From contig CM039003.1 in the NCBI GenBank assembly GCA_017499595.2, forward strand, positions 434,001-498,000: a DNA stretch of 64,000 bases, in the 5' to 3' direction. Below the pieces are notes generated by a model. It had not been told where the DNA came from, searched no databases, and saw only the letters and a program-made list of their open reading frames with translations. The DNA is from Psilocybe cubensis (lineage: Eukaryota). Position numbers and translations under genes: made by a program. This document shows, piece by piece, positions 61,301 to 64,000 of the stretch; position 1 is the stretch's first letter, and the number at the start of each line of letters is the position of its first letter.

Positions 61301-62549
61301 ATCCGTAGGCCACCCTGGCCGGATGAAGACCATGGAACTCGTCCTGCGCGACTATTGGTGGCCGTCACTATCAAAAGACGCGAAGCGTTACGTTGATGGA
61401 TGCCCCACCTGTCAATCAACTAAGCCTCTGAGGATGGCGCCCGCGGGCCTACTGACCCCCAACGAAATCCCTTCCTCCAATTGGGAGATCATTTCCTGTG
61501 ATCTCATCGTGGACTTACCTAAATCTCGCGGCTTCGATTCGATCTTTGTCGTCGTCGATAGACTCTCAAAAATGGTTCGTATCATCCCATGCAAAAAGTC
61601 AATCACTTCTGAGGGTCTCGCGCGCCTCTTCCGCGACCATGTCTGGAAAGACTTCGGACTGCCACGACGCATCATCTCCGACCGTGGTTCAATCTTCCTG
61701 TCAAACTTTACTCGGGCCCTCAACGACCTGCTAGGCATTTCACAGAACGCGTCCACCGCATTTCGACCTCAAACAGACGGACAAACTGAGCGCGTCAATC
61801 AAGAAATCGAACAATACCTACGGATCTTTGTGAATAACAGGCAAAATGATTGGGTGGAATGGCTTGCATGCGCCGAATTTGCTATCAACAATAAGATTCA
61901 CTCGTCCACTGGCTTCTCGCCCTTCTTCCTAAACTATGGCTCCAACCCCCGCCGAACCCTGCAACCCGCACGCCTCTCGGACGACCGTGTCCCCAAAGCT
62001 CTTGAATTCGCCTCTCAAATGGATTCCCTCGCGAAGGAATCCGCTTCAGCGCTAAACCTCGCCGCTGATGCAATGAAGCGATCCTATGACACCTCTCACC
62101 GCGCTCCACCCGTCTTCAATGTTGGCGACATGGTGATGCTCAGCGCCTCCGACATCAAGTCCTCACGTCCGTCTAAAAAGCTCGATGTTAAGCGTCACGG
62201 ACCTTTTCCTGTGACGAAACGCGTTGGCATCCAGTCTTACACCCTCGACCTACCGGCCTCGTGGTCGATCCACCCTACTTTCCATGTCTCTAAACTCTCC
62301 CGTTTCATACCAGCAGAATTCGATTCCCAAACTTCACCCGCGACACCAACACCTCCCCCCGCGTTACCACCCCCAGACATTGCAAGTGTGCTCGGCCACA
62401 GGGCCCTGCGCAGTGGAACACAGTTCCTCGTGCTGCTCGATGGCTGCACAGAGGAAGACGCTTCGTGGTCAAGCCACTCATCCTTCCCTAACTCTGAAGT
62501 ACTAAACAATTACATACGCCTCCACAACATCCCGGACGCCCACCTTTAA
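58281..62549 (+). CDS. pol: Pol polyprotein (protease, RT, RNase H, integrase, chromodomain), -1 frame relative to gag
   Basis: LLDSGATG, DYRRLN, YMDDILI, ADSSGYATGAVL, H-H-C-C zinc finger, SCDLI / ISDRG / DGQTERVN, GPF, HPTFHVS.L. Confidence 0.96.
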   Translation, partial: FGFCFLRRVSSTSSPLLYNNPVITPKLHVALSPKSVPLPVLPVYATPQPSLSNSVLTPDKPSSSTTSPNSDYPTPTLLPAHPQPPTMAPDCIPYSDLFLSCPEDDPPELQAPDASDDSDEDSPTKPAQQTSAHDDASVSMTHDASPPPAPRDSLLCSPPVADHTDCPPSIPTPVRTVLCNLRRLRSTPWRTESLLKSWAPKERWDDIDDDLIAALCDLPWTDAAKVLQQLKKPRDYISRMGSKCLDIPMSAAPPGSTSLVSLKALLDSGATGCYVHSDFVKLNGWVTERLPHPVSVYNADGTRNANGAITDVVYLVIRIENHVERLRLSVTNTGSSSLILGHSWLWFHNPLVDWREAKLCFARCPTSCGADVLPTSHPDGETVNVCREGPQLREDDIFDDSPGPFTPVSAAEWADAFAGELADGESMCAVDLNEFTSEQVHGSCDHRISHFLRTQREAASYPDRYLKEFAPVFSKEEFDELPPRRPWDHAINLKPDAKSFKAKPYRLSPAETSKVKEWIEEEKRTGRIRDSISPYAAPFFFIQKKDGSLRPVQDYRRLNDITIKNRYPLPLISDLMDKLKGAKVFTKLDVRWGFNNIRIREGDEHKAAFITEFGLFEPLVMFFGLTNSPATFQNMMNDLFKDLIAGGHVVIYMDDILIFTDDVQSHRHLVRNVLQILEDNKLYLRPEKCCFEQDRVEYLGVIVGHGKMSMDPKKVDAITSWPIPRCRKDVQQFLGFVNFYRRFIKNFSRIAAPLHALGGSAPWVWDNLSTSAFNELKSACASHPVLLLPRDGAPFRIEADSSGYATGAVLSQFVDNSWQPVAFASKALSPVERNYEIHDRELLSIMRSLDDWRRYLHGSDSPVEIHTDHKNLQYFMTAQKLNRRQARWSLQLAEFDFVLVHKPGPTMICADSLSRRPDYDKGVGDNENVTLLRPEHIRRTAECSIGDDPVLADIRTHQHQITEMWEKHKNLPGWSLHDGLLSWHNRIFVPNKGNLRQRILADCHDHQSVGHPGRMKTMELVLRDYWWPSLSKDAKRYVDGCPTCQSTKPLRMAPAGLLTPNEIPSSNWEIISCDLIVDLPKSRGFDSIFVVVDRLSKMVRIIPCKKSITSEGLARLFRDHVWKDFGLPRRIISDRGSIFLSNFTRALNDLLGISQNASTAFRPQTDGQTERVNQEIEQYLRIFVNNRQNDWVEWLACAEFAINNKIHSSTGFSPFFLNYGSNPRRTLQPARLSDDRVPKALEFASQMDSLAKESASALNLAADAMKRSYDTSHRAPPVFNVGDMVMLSASDIKSSRPSKKLDVKRHGPFPVTKRVGIQSYTLDLPASWSIHPTFHVSKLSRFIPAEFDSQTSPATPTPPPALPPPDIASVLGHRALRSGTQFLVLLDGCTEEDASWSSHSSFPNSEVLNNYIRLHNIPDAHL

Positions 62550-62560
62550 GAGGGGGGTGA
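62548..62560 (+). other. Polypurine tract
   Basis: AAGAGGGGGGTGA immediately before the 3' LTR. Confidence 0.85.
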
Positions 62561-62733
62561 TGTTAGAGTTCCCTCTAACGTAGACACACACACGTGCCTG
62601 TAGTCACATATCACACAGTATTTGTAGACACACCCGTAGCTACGTAGCCTCAGTTCCTTCTTTGTTAGCACACCCAACACGTTCTGGTCCTTCGTCTCTC
62701 TCTCCCGCCTCGTCTCCGGGTCTCCTCCTAACA
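62561..62733 (+). repeat. 3' LTR (173 bp)
   Basis: Reads identical to the 5' LTR. Confidence 0.97.
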
Positions 62734-63476
62734 AATTGTTGGTGACCACGATGTAGCAACCATCTCGTTACTCAGAGCCAATAAATTTTCATGTTTGTCG
62801 GACTTCAATGTAGACATAATGCTTTGAGAAGAACTTGAGGATATGAGAGCGCTCCTGATTATTGTCAGTAAAGATGGTAGAATTTTAAAATAACTTCTAC
62901 TTATATTACTTGACAGGCACCGGCGTTGCAGGATCATAAAACCACCAAGCGATACGCTTATTATGACGCCCCGGTTCTAACAGCAAATGTATTTGAGCGG
63001 TGTACATGATGAGCTATATGATTCCAGCCGAGGCATTTGTTGTTAAACAAATGGAGCGCTCTTCATGCCGACTTAATCGAGAGAAACACGAGTCAAGATA
63101 ATGAACTGCATAGGCTAGCATCTTATTTCTGTTCAATCGCTTCATAGTAGGCCACAGTAGTATGTTTTAACATATTAGAATTGCGCTCGCTCTGAATCTC
63201 TTCTATAGTGCCTGCAAGGCCAACCGTACACTCAACAAAATCTTTAGAAAGGAGATCGTTTCGGTCGCGATGGCAATCGGCTTCAATGAATTTCCATACG
63301 GACATTATAAATATCTTTACGGGCAATATACGCCTCAGTTTTGTTAAATTCCTAATTGAAAGTATGTTTGAAAGTCTATAAAGTAAAATTAGAATAGTGA
63401 AGAAAGGAATATAAACTGGCAAAAAACACGAACAAGGTATATCCTTTGGACAGCATACCCTTCAGCAAACTCGACC

Positions 63477-64000
63477 ATGCAATTAAAGCTTGCCGTAATT
63501 GCTGCAATTCTATATATAACTAGTGCCACTCGTGGTGGTCAAGTACCTGTCGTGGGCGGAGTCATTGGAGGGGTTCCATCCCCTATACGTACAACAAAAG
63601 AGTTTATCGCCTCGCCTCAAACAATAAGAAATGTGACGACCCCTGGTAAACTAAGGGTTGTCGAAAACTCAGGCGTATGCGGTAAGATTCAGATGCAGAA
63701 CTTACTGGGTTTTAAAACCATATGCTAACACAACATTAGAAACAACCCCCGGAATCTATCAGGCATCAGGATATGGAGACCTAACATCTACTGAGAGCAT
63801 CTGGTACATTTTTCTAGTGCATCACCTACTCATATGTAATGATTAATACGATTTTATAGGTTCTGGTTTTTCGCTTCTCGCAAGAATCCTGAAAATGCCC
63901 CTCTTGCGCTGTGGTTCAATGGAGGGGTAAGTCAGCTTTTGCGGGCGTGTACTGAGCATCACTTAAGCTGACACGAGAAAATTAAAAGCCTGGCAGCTCA
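63477..64000 (+). CDS. Serine carboxypeptidase S10 (copy 3), 5' part only
   Basis: Signal peptide, [50 protein letters not shown]; same intron positions as copies 1 and 2; runs off the window. Confidence 0.9.

Larger units (their letters stand above)
56308..62733 (+). mobile_element. Full-length Ty3/gypsy chromovirus LTR retrotransposon
   Basis: TG...CA LTRs, 5-bp TSD AATTG (56303-56307 and 62734-62738), gag, pol in PR-RT-RH-IN-chromo order, polypurine tract. Confidence 0.97.

Noticed and set aside
57477-62509. Antisense ORFs inside the retrotransposon
   Set aside because: All under 135 aa and explained by the codon bias of gag and pol.

Overview
Eukaryotic, intron-rich fungal DNA, most consistent with an agaric basidiomycete (short GT-AG introns, microexons, Agaricomycete-type F-box and membrane families). 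The left 36 kb is mostly host genes: two paralogous small beta-rich proteins (the second broken by a 1.1-kb inverted-repeat element), a DUF4139/4140 protein, an S10 serine carboxypeptidase, F-box genes, UBC1, a GNAT, a GLO3-type ArfGAP, EB1/BIM1, an MFS monocarboxylate transporter, a basic conserved protein, a membrane protein and DUR3, followed by a PFF1-like M28 pseudogene. The main discovery is a 15.1-kb DNA transposon at 38086-53166. It has 70-bp terminal inverted repeats, an apparently intact KDZ-class transposase, related 37-bp repeat arrays near both ends, and about five cargo genes, including a zinc-finger plus MADS-like protein and a protein with two RNase H1 N-terminal (Cauli_VI)-like domains; no TET/JBP gene is visible. 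The right end holds two more S10 carboxypeptidases separated by a very recent Ty3/gypsy chromovirus (identical 173-bp LTRs, AATTG target duplication overlapping the host stop codon). That retroelement shows a Tf1-style self-priming site, a GGATTTT -1 frameshift signal and an AUG-less coiled-coil ORF upstream of gag. Exon models and family assignments were made by eye and from remembered motifs, with no database searches.
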